Positions 40,961 to 51,077 of a DNA stretch of 64,000 nucleotides are shown in pieces. The notes below the pieces were generated by a model. It saw only the letters and a list, made by a program, of their open reading frames with translations, was not told the origin of the DNA and searched no databases. The stretch's first letter is position 1. Every line of letters starts with the position of its first letter. The position numbers and the translations under genes are program-made. Origin of the DNA: Candidatus Rokuibacteriota bacterium (lineage in GTDB: Bacteria > Methylomirabilota > Methylomirabilia > Rokubacteriales > CSP1-6); contig QHTB01000155.1 in the NCBI GenBank assembly GCA_003220615.1, positions 39,615-103,614 of the forward strand, in the 5' to 3' direction.

Positions 40961-41455
40961 ATGGATGCCTACCGCGCCGTGGTGGACAAGCGCGACCAGC
41001 GCGCCTTTCTCCCCAAGCCGCTGCCCGACGAGTCGCTGCGCCGGATCCTCCAGGCAGGACGGATGACGGGCAGCTCGAAGAACAGCGAGCCCAACCGGCT
41101 GGTCGTTGTGCGCGACCGCGAGCGCTTGCGCGCGCTGGCCGGGCTCAGCCGCTTCGCTCGCTGGCTGGCCGATGCCGCCGCCGTCGTCGTCATCGCGCAG
41201 ACCCAGCCGCATGAGTTCGACGCCGGCCGCTGCGCCCAGAACATGATGGTCGCCGCCTGGAACGACGGTATCGGCTCCTGTCCCGCCCATCTCCCCGAGG
41301 CCGACCTCGGGAAGCTGCTCGGGATTCCCGCCGGCGTCGTCATCAACCGCGTGATCGGCTTCGGCTACGTCGATCCGGGCCACGCAGCCGCCCCACCCAG
41401 CGTCGCGCGCCGTCGCTTACCGCTCGACACGCTCGTCCACTGGGAGACGTGGTAG
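40961..41455 (+). CDS. Nitroreductase family protein
   Basis: KRDQRAF, SSKNSEP, FDAGRCAQNMMVAAW..GIGSC, IGFGY. Confidence 0.88.
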   Translation: MDAYRAVVDKRDQRAFLPKPLPDESLRRILQAGRMTGSSKNSEPNRLVVVRDRERLRALAGLSRFARWLADAAAVVVIAQTQPHEFDAGRCAQNMMVAAWNDGIGSCPAHLPEADLGKLLGIPAGVVINRVIGFGYVDPGHAAAPPSVARRRLPLDTLVHWETW

Positions 41456-41594
41456 TGCGAGCCGAGCGCCCCGTCGCGAGGCGAGCCTGTGAATGCGAAA
41501 TCGTGCGAGCCGAGCGGGCTGGGCCCCGGCTGTCGCGAGGCGAGCCCGTGAATTCGAAATCGTGCGAGGCGAGCGACCCGTCGCGAGGCGAGCC
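41456..41594 (+). repeat. Three degenerate tandem units (family B)
   Basis: GTGCGAG(C/G)CGAGCG-variable-GTCGCGAGGCGAGCC x3, linked by GTGAAT(G/T)CGAAATC. Confidence 0.85.
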
Positions 41595-41606
41595 TAGGAG
41601 GTCGTC

Positions 41607-42320
41607 ATGCTCGATCAGGTCAAGGCGCTGACGTTCGACGTGTTCGGAACGGTGGTGGACTGGCGCGGGAGCATCACGCGCGAAGGCGAAGCGCTGGCCC
41701 GTAGCAAGAACATCCACGGGGTGGACTGGGCGAAGTTCGCCGACGCCTGGCGCGCGCTCTACCAGCCGATGATGCAGGAGGTCAGGAGCGGCCGGCGGCC
41801 CTGGACCAAGCTCGACGACCTGCACCGCATGAACCTCGACCGCGTGCTTCGCGACTTCTCGATCACCGGGCTCAGCGAGCCCGAGATCGATCACCTGAAC
41901 CGCGTGTGGCACCGGCTCGATCCGTGGCCTGATGTCGTCGCCGGGCTCACCCGGCTCAAGCGGAAGTACATCCTCGCGACGCTGTCGAACGGCAACGTCG
42001 CGCTCATGGTGAACATGGCCAAGCGCGCCGGGCTCCCGTGGGACGTCATCCTCGGCGCCGAGGTCGCGCGCGCGTACAAGCCTCAACCCGAGGCGTATCT
42101 GAGATCGGCGGAGCTCCTCGGGCTGCGGCCCGACGAATGCATGATGGTGGCCGCTCACAACAGCGACCACGAGGCGGCGAACGCGCTGGGGTTCCACAAC
42201 GCGTTCGTCCCGCGGCCGACGGAATACGGCCCGGGCCAGGCGAAGGACGTGACGCCGAGCCGCGCGTGGGACGTCCTCGCCAAGGACTTCAACGACCTGG
42301 CCGACCGTCTCGGCTGCTGA
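41607..42320 (+). CDS. Haloacid dehalogenase type II
   Basis: FDVFGTVVDW, TLSNGN, YKP, MVAAHN.D. Confidence 0.92.
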   Translation: MLDQVKALTFDVFGTVVDWRGSITREGEALARSKNIHGVDWAKFADAWRALYQPMMQEVRSGRRPWTKLDDLHRMNLDRVLRDFSITGLSEPEIDHLNRVWHRLDPWPDVVAGLTRLKRKYILATLSNGNVALMVNMAKRAGLPWDVILGAEVARAYKPQPEAYLRSAELLGLRPDECMMVAAHNSDHEAANALGFHNAFVPRPTEYGPGQAKDVTPSRAWDVLAKDFNDLADRLGC

Positions 42321-42324
42321 TTCG

Positions 42325-44043
42325 TCAGCGCGCCTGGGGCGGGCCGTAGAGCCAGCGCCCGCCGAAGGTTCCGATCAGACGCGCGTCGGGCAAGCGAGCG
42401 GCCAGGCTGTGCTCGGGCGAGCGCGTCGTCACGATCCACACGCGCTGCTCGCGCCACGCGCGCTCGAGATCGGCCGCGGTCCAGAAGAGCCTCGCGCCCT
42501 CAGGCCGCGTCGCGCCAAAGGCGAGCACGCTGCGCCGACCGTCGACGATTGCCGGCCGCCGCCCCGAGTACCACTCGAGCGCGCCTGACTGCTCGATCGG
42601 GCCCTCGTGAGCCAGGACGTCACCCGGTCCGAGCCGCGAGGCCACGACCGTCGCTACCGCTCGCGCGCTTCGATACGTGGACATCGCTCCGAGCGCGGTG
42701 GCGACGTCGGGCATGATCGCGAGCATCGCGAGCGCCACCACGCCGGGCGCCAGCATCGACGTCCGCACGCGGACGCGAAGCGCCAGCGCGATGAGCAGCG
42801 CCACGGTGGCGAAGCCGAAGACGAGCGAGGCGTGGGCGACGAGCGGCTGCACTATCTCCCATCCAGGAAACGGATCCGTCTCGCCCGCGAGTCGCGTCTT
42901 GCGCGTCGCCACGTCGGTCGCTCCGATCACCGCATCCATGAAGGCACGGCCGTCGCTTCGCGCCAGGACGGCGCCGACGACCGACAGCCCGCCCAGGAGC
43001 GCGGCGTGGATCAGGCCGAGCCAGCGCGTGTCCGGTTCACGCCACGCGCGCGCCGCGAGGAGCGCCAGCGCGGGGTAGACGGGCAGGCCGTAGTGAGGGA
43101 GGCGGAAGCGCGAGAGCACCGTGATGCCGAGGATGGCCAGCGTCCAGAGCGAGAGCGCGATCCACGGCGTCTCGGCGGTCTGGCGCCAGGCTCGCGCCCG
43201 CAGGAGCCTGACGATCGTCACGATGGCGGAGAGACTCCAGGGCAGCGCGCCGAGGAGCGCCACCGTCAGGAACTCCACGGCCGACAACGGAACGTCCTCG
43301 TCGGGGAACACGCGAGCGCCAAGGACGTTCAGGATCTTGTTGTCGACGACGGTGTACCAGAGCGTGCCCGCCGTTGACGCTTCGCTGAAGACCCACCACC
43401 CGACGCCGAGCACGAGGCACGCGGCGAGGCCCGGCCAGGGAAGCCAGCGAGCGATCGGCCACGCCCGACCGGCGAGCGCCAGCGCGGCCAGGATGACGAC
43501 GGGCGGCCCGAATGCCCCGAGCGGATCCTTGGCGAGGCCGGCGATGCCGAACGCGACGAGGCCCCAGCCGATCAGCCGCCGGCGGCCGTCGGCGAGCCCG
43601 ACGAGCGCGAGAGCAAATCCCCACGCGAGCGCGGCGACGAAGAGGGCATCGGGACGCACATACCTCGCATAGGCGAAGAAGAGCGCGCTGGTCAGCAGCG
43701 CGCCCCCGGCCAGGCAGCCGCCGGCGACACCGAGGAGCCTTGCGCCGAGCCACGCCGTCCCGGCGACCGCCGCCACGCCAGCGGCCGCCGATACCGAGCG
43801 TGCCGTGGCTTCCGACGCCCCGAACGTCGTGAACGCTCCCGCCTGCAGCCAGTAGAGAAGCGGCGGCTTGTCGACGTAGACGACACCGTTGAGCGTCAGC
43901 CGGAACGGATCGCCCGAGTGGAGCAGCTCGCGGGCGATCTCGGCGTGCATGCCTTCGCCGGGATCGTCGAACGGTGCGGCGCCGAGTCGAAGGAAGCAGG
44001 AGATGGCCGCGACGAGGACGACCGCCAGCAAGAGGGTCCTCAC
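42325..44043 (-). CDS. ArnT/PMT family membrane glycosyltransferase
   Basis: DPGEG.HAEIARE, DKPPLLYW, many TM segments, LPHY.LP..P. Confidence 0.85.
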   Translation of the reverse strand: MRTLLLAVVLVAAISCFLRLGAAPFDDPGEGMHAEIARELLHSGDPFRLTLNGVVYVDKPPLLYWLQAGAFTTFGASEATARSVSAAAGVAAVAGTAWLGARLLGVAGGCLAGGALLTSALFFAYARYVRPDALFVAALAWGFALALVGLADGRRRLIGWGLVAFGIAGLAKDPLGAFGPPVVILAALALAGRAWPIARWLPWPGLAACLVLGVGWWVFSEASTAGTLWYTVVDNKILNVLGARVFPDEDVPLSAVEFLTVALLGALPWSLSAIVTIVRLLRARAWRQTAETPWIALSLWTLAILGITVLSRFRLPHYGLPVYPALALLAARAWREPDTRWLGLIHAALLGGLSVVGAVLARSDGRAFMDAVIGATDVATRKTRLAGETDPFPGWEIVQPLVAHASLVFGFATVALLIALALRVRVRTSMLAPGVVALAMLAIMPDVATALGAMSTYRSARAVATVVASRLGPGDVLAHEGPIEQSGALEWYSGRRPAIVDGRRSVLAFGATRPEGARLFWTAADLERAWREQRVWIVTTRSPEHSLAARLPDARLIGTFGGRWLYGPPQAR

Positions 44044-44073
44044 GCTGGTTGCTCACGGTACCATAGGGCCACC

Positions 44074-46122
44074 GTGCCCGTCCCGCCGCACGCACCCAAG
44101 ATTCCCAGGCTCGACGTCGTTCACGGCGACCGCCGCGAGGACAATTACTTCTGGCTGCGCGACAAGGACGATCCGCGTGTCACCGCTTACCTGGAAGCGG
44201 AGAACGCGTACACGGCGGCCGTGATGCAGCCGATGGAAGCGTTCCAGGACGCGCTCTACCGGGAGATCCTGGGCCGCATCAAGGAAGACGACGCGACCGT
44301 TCCCTACCGTCGCGGCAATCACTTCTATTACTCGCGCACGGAGAAGGGCAAGCAGTATCCGATCCACTGCCGCAAGGCCGCCCGGCCGGATGAGCCCGAG
44401 GAGATCCTGCTCGATCTCAACGCCCTGGCCGTGGGCCATCCCTTCCTCGCCCTCGGCGCTTATGCCGTCAACGACGACGCCGACCGGCTCGCCTACACGC
44501 TCGACTACACCGGCTTTCGCGAGTACACGCTGTTCGTGAAGAACTTGACGACGGGCGAGCTGGAGCCCGATCGTATCGAGAAGGTCTCGACGGTGGCGTG
44601 GTCGGCGCGGCCGGGTACGCTGCTCTACGTCAGCGAGGACGCGGCGAAGCGGCCGCACCGTCTCTGGCGTCACCGCCTGGGCGACGCCAGCGACGACCTG
44701 ATCTTCGAAGAAGCCGACGAGCTCTTCCGCGTCCACGTGTGGCGCTCTCGCAGCCGCGCCTGGCTCTTCGCCGCGTCGCGCTCGTTCACCAGCTCCGAGG
44801 TTCGCTACGTGCCGGCGACAGATCCGGCTGGCGCGTGGCGGACGGTGCTCGAGCGGGAGAAGGACCACGAGTACGACGTCGATCACGGCGTCGGGCCCGG
44901 GGACGGCGTCTTCTACATCCGGACCAACGGCCAGGGCCGCCGCAACTTCCGTCTCGTCCGCACGCCGGTCGCCGATCCACGGCCCGAGCACTGGACCGAG
45001 CTCATCGCGCACCGCGAGGACGTGATGATCGAGGACGTCGACGTCTTCGCCGGCCACTACGTCACCCAGGAGCGTGACGACGGGCTCACCCGCCTGCGCG
45101 TGACCGAGATCGCCTCCGGCGTCTCGCACTTCGTGCAGTTCCCCGAGCCCACGTACGAGGTGGATGCCGAGCCGAACGCCGAGTTCGTGACGCCGCGCTA
45201 CCGCTTCCGCTATCAGTCGCTGATCACGCCGGCCTCGGTGTTCGATTACGACATGACCGCGCGGACGCTGACGCTCCTCAAGCAGACGGAGGTGCTCGGC
45301 GGCTACGAGCCCGCGCGTTACCGGTCCGAGCGCATCCACGCCACCGCGGCCGACGGCACGCGCGTGCCCATCTCGCTCATCGCGCCCACGGCGACACCGC
45401 GCGACGGCTCGAGCCCGCTCCTGCTCGCGGGCTACGGCGCGTACGGCTTTCCGTACCCGGTCATCTTCTCGTCGAGCCGGTTGAGCCTGCTCGAGCGCGG
45501 CGTGACCTTCGCCATCGCCCACGTCCGCGGCGGCGGCGACCTCGGCAAGCGCTGGCACGATGCCGGCCGCATGCTCGAGAAGCGCAACACGTTCACCGAC
45601 TTCATCGCGTGCGCCGAGCACCTGATCGCCCGCGGCGACACCGCCCCCGACCGGCTCGTCATCGAGGGCGGCAGCGCTGGCGGCCTGCTCATCGGCGCCG
45701 TGCTCAACATGCGGCCCGAGCTGTTCCGGGCCGCCGTGATGCGCGTGCCGTTCGTGGACGTGATCAACACGATGCTCGACGAGTCGTTGCCGTTGACGGT
45801 CGGCGAGTTCGAGGAGTGGGGCAACCCCAAGATCCTCGCCCAGTACGCCTACATGAAGACGTACTGCCCGTACACCAACCTGGCCGCGCGGCGCTATCCC
45901 GCGATGCTGATCAAGACGTCGCTCCACGACAGCCAGGTCATGTACTGGGAGCCCGCCAAGTACGTGGCGCGCCTGCGGACGCTCGACGCCGACGGCCATC
46001 CCTTGCTGCTCAAGACCGTCATGACGGCCGGCCACGGCGGCCCCTCCGGGCGCTACGACGCGCTTCGGGATCTCGCCTTCGATTACGCCTTCGTCCTGGA
46101 TCAGCTCGAGCGCAGGTCGTAA
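44074..46122 (+). CDS. ptrB: Oligopeptidase B (S9A)
   Basis: DNYFWLRD, HVRGGG, GGSAGG, DSQV, GHGG. Confidence 0.93.
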   Translation: MPVPPHAPKIPRLDVVHGDRREDNYFWLRDKDDPRVTAYLEAENAYTAAVMQPMEAFQDALYREILGRIKEDDATVPYRRGNHFYYSRTEKGKQYPIHCRKAARPDEPEEILLDLNALAVGHPFLALGAYAVNDDADRLAYTLDYTGFREYTLFVKNLTTGELEPDRIEKVSTVAWSARPGTLLYVSEDAAKRPHRLWRHRLGDASDDLIFEEADELFRVHVWRSRSRAWLFAASRSFTSSEVRYVPATDPAGAWRTVLEREKDHEYDVDHGVGPGDGVFYIRTNGQGRRNFRLVRTPVADPRPEHWTELIAHREDVMIEDVDVFAGHYVTQERDDGLTRLRVTEIASGVSHFVQFPEPTYEVDAEPNAEFVTPRYRFRYQSLITPASVFDYDMTARTLTLLKQTEVLGGYEPARYRSERIHATAADGTRVPISLIAPTATPRDGSSPLLLAGYGAYGFPYPVIFSSSRLSLLERGVTFAIAHVRGGGDLGKRWHDAGRMLEKRNTFTDFIACAEHLIARGDTAPDRLVIEGGSAGGLLIGAVLNMRPELFRAAVMRVPFVDVINTMLDESLPLTVGEFEEWGNPKILAQYAYMKTYCPYTNLAARRYPAMLIKTSLHDSQVMYWEPAKYVARLRTLDADGHPLLLKTVMTAGHGGPSGRYDALRDLAFDYAFVLDQLERRS

Positions 46123-46123
46123 G

Positions 46124-46139
46124 CGGCATCACATTTGCT
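46124..46139 (+). promoter_or_regulatory. Sigma54 promoter for the single-domain response regulator
   Basis: CGGCATCACATTTGCT directly after the ptrB stop. Confidence 0.7.
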
Positions 46140-46161
46140 TGCAGGAACCGGCGGCGATCCG

Positions 46162-46614
46162 ATGAGCCCGAATATCGGTACGGGCGCTGAGAAACGGAGA
46201 AAAGATTTGCCCAGACCGGCGAAGCGGGAACCCATCGAGGCGCCGAGCCCGGTCGTGCTCGTCGTCGACGACGTCGAGGACAGCCGGGAACTCTACGTTC
46301 AATATCTCTCCTTCCTCGGCTATCAGGTGTACGGTGCCGCCAACGGGCTGGTCGGGCTCGAGCTGGCTGCCCTCCACCATCCCGAGGTCGTCGTGCTCGA
46401 TCTGTCGATGCCCGGCATGGATGGCTGGGAGGTCTGCAACCGGCTGAAGCGCGAGCCCTCACCACCGAGGGTGATCGTGGTCACCGGCCACGGGATGCGC
46501 GGCACGCCGCAGACGCAGCGCGAGCTGCCCTGCGACGCCTATTTCCTGAAGCCGTGTCTTCCCGACGATCTGGAGTCCGAGATCCGCCGTCAGCTTCGCC
46601 CGCGCGCCGCCTGA
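46162..46614 (+). CDS. Single-domain response regulator
   Basis: VLVVDD, VLDLSMPGMDG, VTG, FLKP. Confidence 0.9.
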   Translation: MSPNIGTGAEKRRKDLPRPAKREPIEAPSPVVLVVDDVEDSRELYVQYLSFLGYQVYGAANGLVGLELAALHHPEVVVLDLSMPGMDGWEVCNRLKREPSPPRVIVVTGHGMRGTPQTQRELPCDAYFLKPCLPDDLESEIRRQLRPRAA

Positions 46615-46690
46615 AGCCTCCCCGCGCGAAGCCTCTCGCGCGAACGCCTCCGCGCGAACGTGGTAGCATCCCCTCCGCCGAGGAGGGCTC

Positions 46691-48100
46691 ATGGCCAACG
46701 ACGATCTGCGCTTCATGCCCGCCGCCGATCTCGCCGCCGCGATTGCCCGGCGCAAGGTCTCGCCGGTGGACGCCGTGAAAGCCGTCCTCGACGCGATCGA
46801 CGACACGAAGACGCTCAATGCGTGGGTGACCGTGGACGCCGACGCAGCGTTGAAGGCGGCCCGCGCCGCCGAGCGCGCGGCGATGCGGCGGGGCGTGCGC
46901 CTCGGGCCGCTGCACGGCGTGCCCTTCGGCGTGAAGGACCTCGTCATCACGAAAGGCGTGCGCACGACGTTCGGCACGCCGCTCTATCGCGACAACGTCC
47001 CGACCGAGGACGCGCCGTCCGTCGCGCGCATGAAAGCGGCCGGCGGCATCATGATCGGCAAGACCAACACGCCCACCTTCGGCTGGGTCGGCGTCACCGA
47101 CAACCTGATCTTCGGACTCACGCGCAATCCGTGGAACCCCGAGCGCACGCCGGGCGGCTCGTCGGGCGGCGCGGGAGCCGCGCTCGCCGCCGGAATGGCG
47201 CCGCTCCACATCGGCACCGACGGCGGCGGCTCCATTCGCAAGCCGTCGGCCTTCACCGGCACCTTTGGCCTCAAGGCCTCGTATGGCCGCGTGCCCGTGT
47301 ATCCGGCCAGCGCGGCGTGGAGCGTCTCGCACGTCGGCCCGATGACCCGCACGGTGAAGGACGCTGCGCTGATGCTGAACGTCATCGCCGGCCCCGACGA
47401 GCGCGATCCGTATTCGCTGCCGGCCGAGCGCGTGGACTACGTGAAGGCGCTCAAGGGATCGCTCAAGGGGCTGCGCGTCGCGTACAGCGAGACTCTCGGC
47501 CTGGCCCCCGCGGTCGATCCCGAGGTGCGCGACGCGACGGCCAAGGCCGCGCGCGTGTTCCGCGAGCTCGGCTGCCGCGTCGAGGCGACGAATCCGTCCT
47601 GGGCATCGCCGTGGGAACCGTGGCGGGCGATCTTTCTCGGCGGCATCGCCGCGCGGCTCGCGCCCTACCTCGACCGGAAGAAGGAGATCGATGCGGGCCT
47701 GCTCGCCATCGTCGAGGAGTCGCTGGCGTGGCCGCCGGCGAAGTACGTCCAGGCCTGGGTCGATCGCCTGGCCTGGTGCGCCAAGGCCATGGTCTTCTTC
47801 GAGCGCTATGATCTGCTCCTCACTCCGACGGTCGCGTCACCGCCCTTCCCGCACGGCATCCTCTATCCCGGCGAGATCGACGGCGTGAAGGTCGGCCGCG
47901 AGGCCTCCAGCATCTTCACGTACCCCTTCAACCTGACGGGCCAGCCCGCCGCCTCCGTGCCGTGCGGCTTCACGAAGGATGGCCTGCCGATCGGGCTCCA
48001 GATCGTCGGCCGCCGCTTCGACGACGTGACGGTGCTCCGCGCCTCGGCCGCATTCGAGACGGCGCGGCCGTGGATCGCTCGCCGTCCGGCGCTCTCCTGA
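46691..48100 (+). CDS. Amidase-signature family amidase
   Basis: GVKD, GKTN, GGSSGG, GTDGGGSIR. Confidence 0.95.
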   Translation: MANDDLRFMPAADLAAAIARRKVSPVDAVKAVLDAIDDTKTLNAWVTVDADAALKAARAAERAAMRRGVRLGPLHGVPFGVKDLVITKGVRTTFGTPLYRDNVPTEDAPSVARMKAAGGIMIGKTNTPTFGWVGVTDNLIFGLTRNPWNPERTPGGSSGGAGAALAAGMAPLHIGTDGGGSIRKPSAFTGTFGLKASYGRVPVYPASAAWSVSHVGPMTRTVKDAALMLNVIAGPDERDPYSLPAERVDYVKALKGSLKGLRVAYSETLGLAPAVDPEVRDATAKAARVFRELGCRVEATNPSWASPWEPWRAIFLGGIAARLAPYLDRKKEIDAGLLAIVEESLAWPPAKYVQAWVDRLAWCAKAMVFFERYDLLLTPTVASPPFPHGILYPGEIDGVKVGREASSIFTYPFNLTGQPAASVPCGFTKDGLPIGLQIVGRRFDDVTVLRASAAFETARPWIARRPALS

Positions 48101-48106
48101 CGGGTC

Positions 48107-48787
48107 GTGACCGCCCTCCTCGAGACGCTGGAGATCGAGACCGCCCCGTCGCCGCGGGCGGCCGTCATCTGGATGCACGGCCTCGGCGCCGACGGCCACG
48201 ACTTCGCCGGCATCGAGCGTGAGGTGACGCCGCCCGGCGCGGCCGTGCGCTACGTGTATCCGCACGCGCCTATGATGCCGGTGACGATCAACAACGGCTA
48301 CGTCATGCGCGCCTGGTACGACGTCTTCGGCGTCGCCGGCGAGCGGCGTGAGGACGAGGCGGGCGTTCGCGCCTCGCAGGAGCGGGTCGAGCAGCTCATC
48401 GCGCGCGAGAAGGCCCGCGGCGTCCCGGCGCGGGCGATCGTGCTGGCCGGCTTCTCCCAGGGCGGCGCGATGGCGCTCCACACCGGGCTCCGTCACCCCG
48501 AGCGGCTGGCCGGCGTGATGGCGCTCTCGTGTTTCCTGCCGGTGGCCCGCTCGGTCGCGACCGAGGCCAGCGCCGCCAACCGTGACGTACCGCTCTTCAT
48601 GGCCCACGGCATCGCCGACGACCTGATACCCGTCGCCCGCGCCCGCGCCGCGCGCGACACGCTGCTCGGGCTCGGCTACGAGGTCGAGTGGCACGAGTAC
48701 CCGATGGCGCATTCGCTGTGCCCGCAGGAGATCGAAGACATCGCGGCCTGGCTGCAGCGCACCCTCGAAAGGAAGGAGACTCCATGA
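48107..48787 (+). CDS. Carboxylesterase (phospholipase/carboxylesterase family)
   Basis: MHGLGADG, MRAWYD, GFSQGG, HG..DD, HS. Confidence 0.93.
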   Translation: MTALLETLEIETAPSPRAAVIWMHGLGADGHDFAGIEREVTPPGAAVRYVYPHAPMMPVTINNGYVMRAWYDVFGVAGERREDEAGVRASQERVEQLIAREKARGVPARAIVLAGFSQGGAMALHTGLRHPERLAGVMALSCFLPVARSVATEASAANRDVPLFMAHGIADDLIPVARARAARDTLLGLGYEVEWHEYPMAHSLCPQEIEDIAAWLQRTLERKETP

Positions 48788-49362
48788 CGCCTCCCGTGGA
48801 TCCCAATCAGGTCCTCATGACCGGCGAGAACTCGTTCATTCGCCTGAGCTCCGACGGCGGCAAGACGATGACCGACCGCTTCAGTCACTGGCGCGTGCTG
48901 TGGTGCCCCGACGGCGCCGGCCACGCGCTCTTCGTGCACAGCACGCTGATCGACGGCCAGGTGAAGATCTACAGCGACAACCCACCGGTCGCCCGCTGGC
49001 TGCAGAAGACGATCGAGACCCTCCTTTATCCCGCGTTCGCCGACGAGAAGCTGCCGATCGCCGCGGCGAAGTTCACGCGGACGGGCGACGCGCGCTCGAC
49101 GGCCAGCGAGGACGTCGTCGCCGGCAACGACCGGATGCGGCTCACCTGGCGCGAGTTCATCGAGCCCTTCGTGCTGACGATGCCGCCCGGCTTCATGAAT
49201 CGGCCGATCGGCGTGTTCAGCACGTTCTTCCCGGCCCGCTCGGCCCAGGTCGAGCTGAACGGCAAGACCGCCAAGGGGCAACCGTGGGCGGAGACACGCG
49301 GTGATCGCCAGTCATCCAGCGCGTGCCTGGCCTGGTCGGAGACGTGGGTCAAGCCCAGGTGA
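48784..49362 (+). CDS. Hypothetical protein
   Basis: AAGGAG RBS, ATGA and GTGA overlaps on both sides, typical codon usage. Confidence 0.8.
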   Translation: MTPPVDPNQVLMTGENSFIRLSSDGGKTMTDRFSHWRVLWCPDGAGHALFVHSTLIDGQVKIYSDNPPVARWLQKTIETLLYPAFADEKLPIAAAKFTRTGDARSTASEDVVAGNDRMRLTWREFIEPFVLTMPPGFMNRPIGVFSTFFPARSAQVELNGKTAKGQPWAETRGDRQSSSACLAWSETWVKPR

Positions 49363-50411
49363 GCAACGCCTTCGCCGCCGCCATCGAGTACCACCGGAGT
49401 CACGAGACCCGATGGCGGCGGGATTTCCTGACCGACGACGGACGCTACATCGGCGTCGCCGACGAGCCCGCGGCGGTCGGCGACGTCCTCGGTGCCGTGC
49501 TGCCGCGCGGCGGCCCCAACGGCGTGATCCGGCGCGGCGGTGAGATCGTCGCCGAGTGGGGCGAGGCCGAGCGCGTCGACATGAGCTTCTCAATCGCCAA
49601 AAGCTATCTCTCCGTGCTGGCCGGCCTCGCCCTCGCGCGCGGGCTCATCCGCAACGTGGACGACCGCGTCAGCAGCTACAGGCTCGACGAGAGCTTCGCG
49701 ACGGCGCAGAACCGGAACATCACCTGGCGCCACCTGCTCCAGCAGACGAGCGAGTGGCAGGGCACGCTGTGGGGCAAGCCGGACACGATCGATCACAATC
49801 GTGACGTCGGCAAGAGTGAGCTCGGCCACTCCGACAAGGGACGCGTGCGGCCCATGCGTCCGCCCGGCACGCTCTGGGAGTACAACGACGTGCGCGTCAA
49901 CCGGCTGAGCCTGTCGCTCCTTCGGATTTTCCGCGAGCCGCTGGCCGACGTGCTGCGCCGCGAGATCATGGATCCGATCGGAGCGTCCCGCGACTGGCAG
50001 TGGCAGCCCTATCGGAGCTCGACGGTCGAGATCGACGGCCGCCGCTTGCCGTCCGTCCCCGGCGGCTCACACTGGGGCGGCGGGCTCTGGATGTCGAGCC
50101 GCGATCATGCCCGCTTCGGATCACTCCTCGCGCAGGGGGGACGGTGGAACGGCCGCGCGCTGCTTCCGGCGGAATGGATCACCGAGATGCGCCGGCCGTG
50201 CGCCCTGAATCCGGAGTACGGGCTCCTGACGTGGCTCAACACGGGGCGCCGCCAGTTCCCGAGCGCTCCCGAGTCGTCCTTCGCTGCGCGCGGCGCCGGC
50301 AGCAACGTCATCTGGATCGATCCCGAGCACGACCTCGTCGTCGTCGTGCGCTGGATCGACAAGCCGCACGTCGACGGCTTCATCGCGCGCGTGCTCGACG
50401 CCGCGCGCTGA
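49359..50411 (+). CDS. Serine hydrolase (beta-lactamase-related)
   Basis: FSIAKS (SxxK), HLL, WEYND, GGG..MS.RD.ARFG. Confidence 0.9.
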   Translation: MSNAFAAAIEYHRSHETRWRRDFLTDDGRYIGVADEPAAVGDVLGAVLPRGGPNGVIRRGGEIVAEWGEAERVDMSFSIAKSYLSVLAGLALARGLIRNVDDRVSSYRLDESFATAQNRNITWRHLLQQTSEWQGTLWGKPDTIDHNRDVGKSELGHSDKGRVRPMRPPGTLWEYNDVRVNRLSLSLLRIFREPLADVLRREIMDPIGASRDWQWQPYRSSTVEIDGRRLPSVPGGSHWGGGLWMSSRDHARFGSLLAQGGRWNGRALLPAEWITEMRRPCALNPEYGLLTWLNTGRRQFPSAPESSFAARGAGSNVIWIDPEHDLVVVVRWIDKPHVDGFIARVLDAAR

Positions 50412-50454
50412 GGACCGGGGCCGCTCGCACTTCGCGGTACGCTGGATGGCACCG

Positions 50455-51075
50455 ATGTCACAGATGCCGCTCTTCGCCGATGCCAGCACGACCGTGCTCG
50501 TGGACGACCAGCTCGGACGGATCGCCTACACGCCGGGTGTCGTGCCCGCCGAGATCGCCCGAGCCTGGTTCGCCGAGCTGCGCGAAGGCGTGCCGTGGAA
50601 GAGCGAGCGGCGCCGGATGTACGACCGCGACGTCGACGTCCCAAGGCTCCTGGCCCACTTCTGGCTGGCACCGGAGGAGGATCGCGTTCCCGGCGCGATC
50701 CGCGCCGCCGCCGCGATGGTGACCGCCACCACGGGGGCGCCGTTCAACAGCGTCGGCCTCAACTTCTATCGTGATGGTCGCGATAGCGTGGCCGCGCACA
50801 ACGACCACCTGGACGAGATCGTCGACGGTTCTTCCATTGCGCTCGTGTCACTGGGCGCCGTCCGCCGCATGACCATCCGGGCCAAGAAATCGCCGCGGCG
50901 CGCGATCCACATCGACCTCGAGGCCGGCAGCCTGCTCGTCATGAGCTACGAGACGCAGCGGCACTACACGCACGGGATCCCGAAGACCAGAGAACTCGTC
51001 GGCCCGCGCATCAGCCTCGCATTCCGCGTGAAGCCGGCGCGCGAGATGGCGGGCCAGTCGGCCGTCTACGGCTGA
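50455..51075 (+). CDS. AlkB-like 2OG-Fe(II) dioxygenase
   Basis: NFYRDGRDSV..HND, HGIPK, RISLAFR; start could be 50446. Confidence 0.9.
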   Translation: MSQMPLFADASTTVLVDDQLGRIAYTPGVVPAEIARAWFAELREGVPWKSERRRMYDRDVDVPRLLAHFWLAPEEDRVPGAIRAAAAMVTATTGAPFNSVGLNFYRDGRDSVAAHNDHLDEIVDGSSIALVSLGAVRRMTIRAKKSPRRAIHIDLEAGSLLVMSYETQRHYTHGIPKTRELVGPRISLAFRVKPAREMAGQSAVYG

Positions 51076-51077
51076 AG

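Noticed and set aside
46615-46660. Short triple GCCTC..CGCGCGAA repeat as an operator array
   Set aside because: Short, GC-rich and irregularly spaced; insufficient evidence of function
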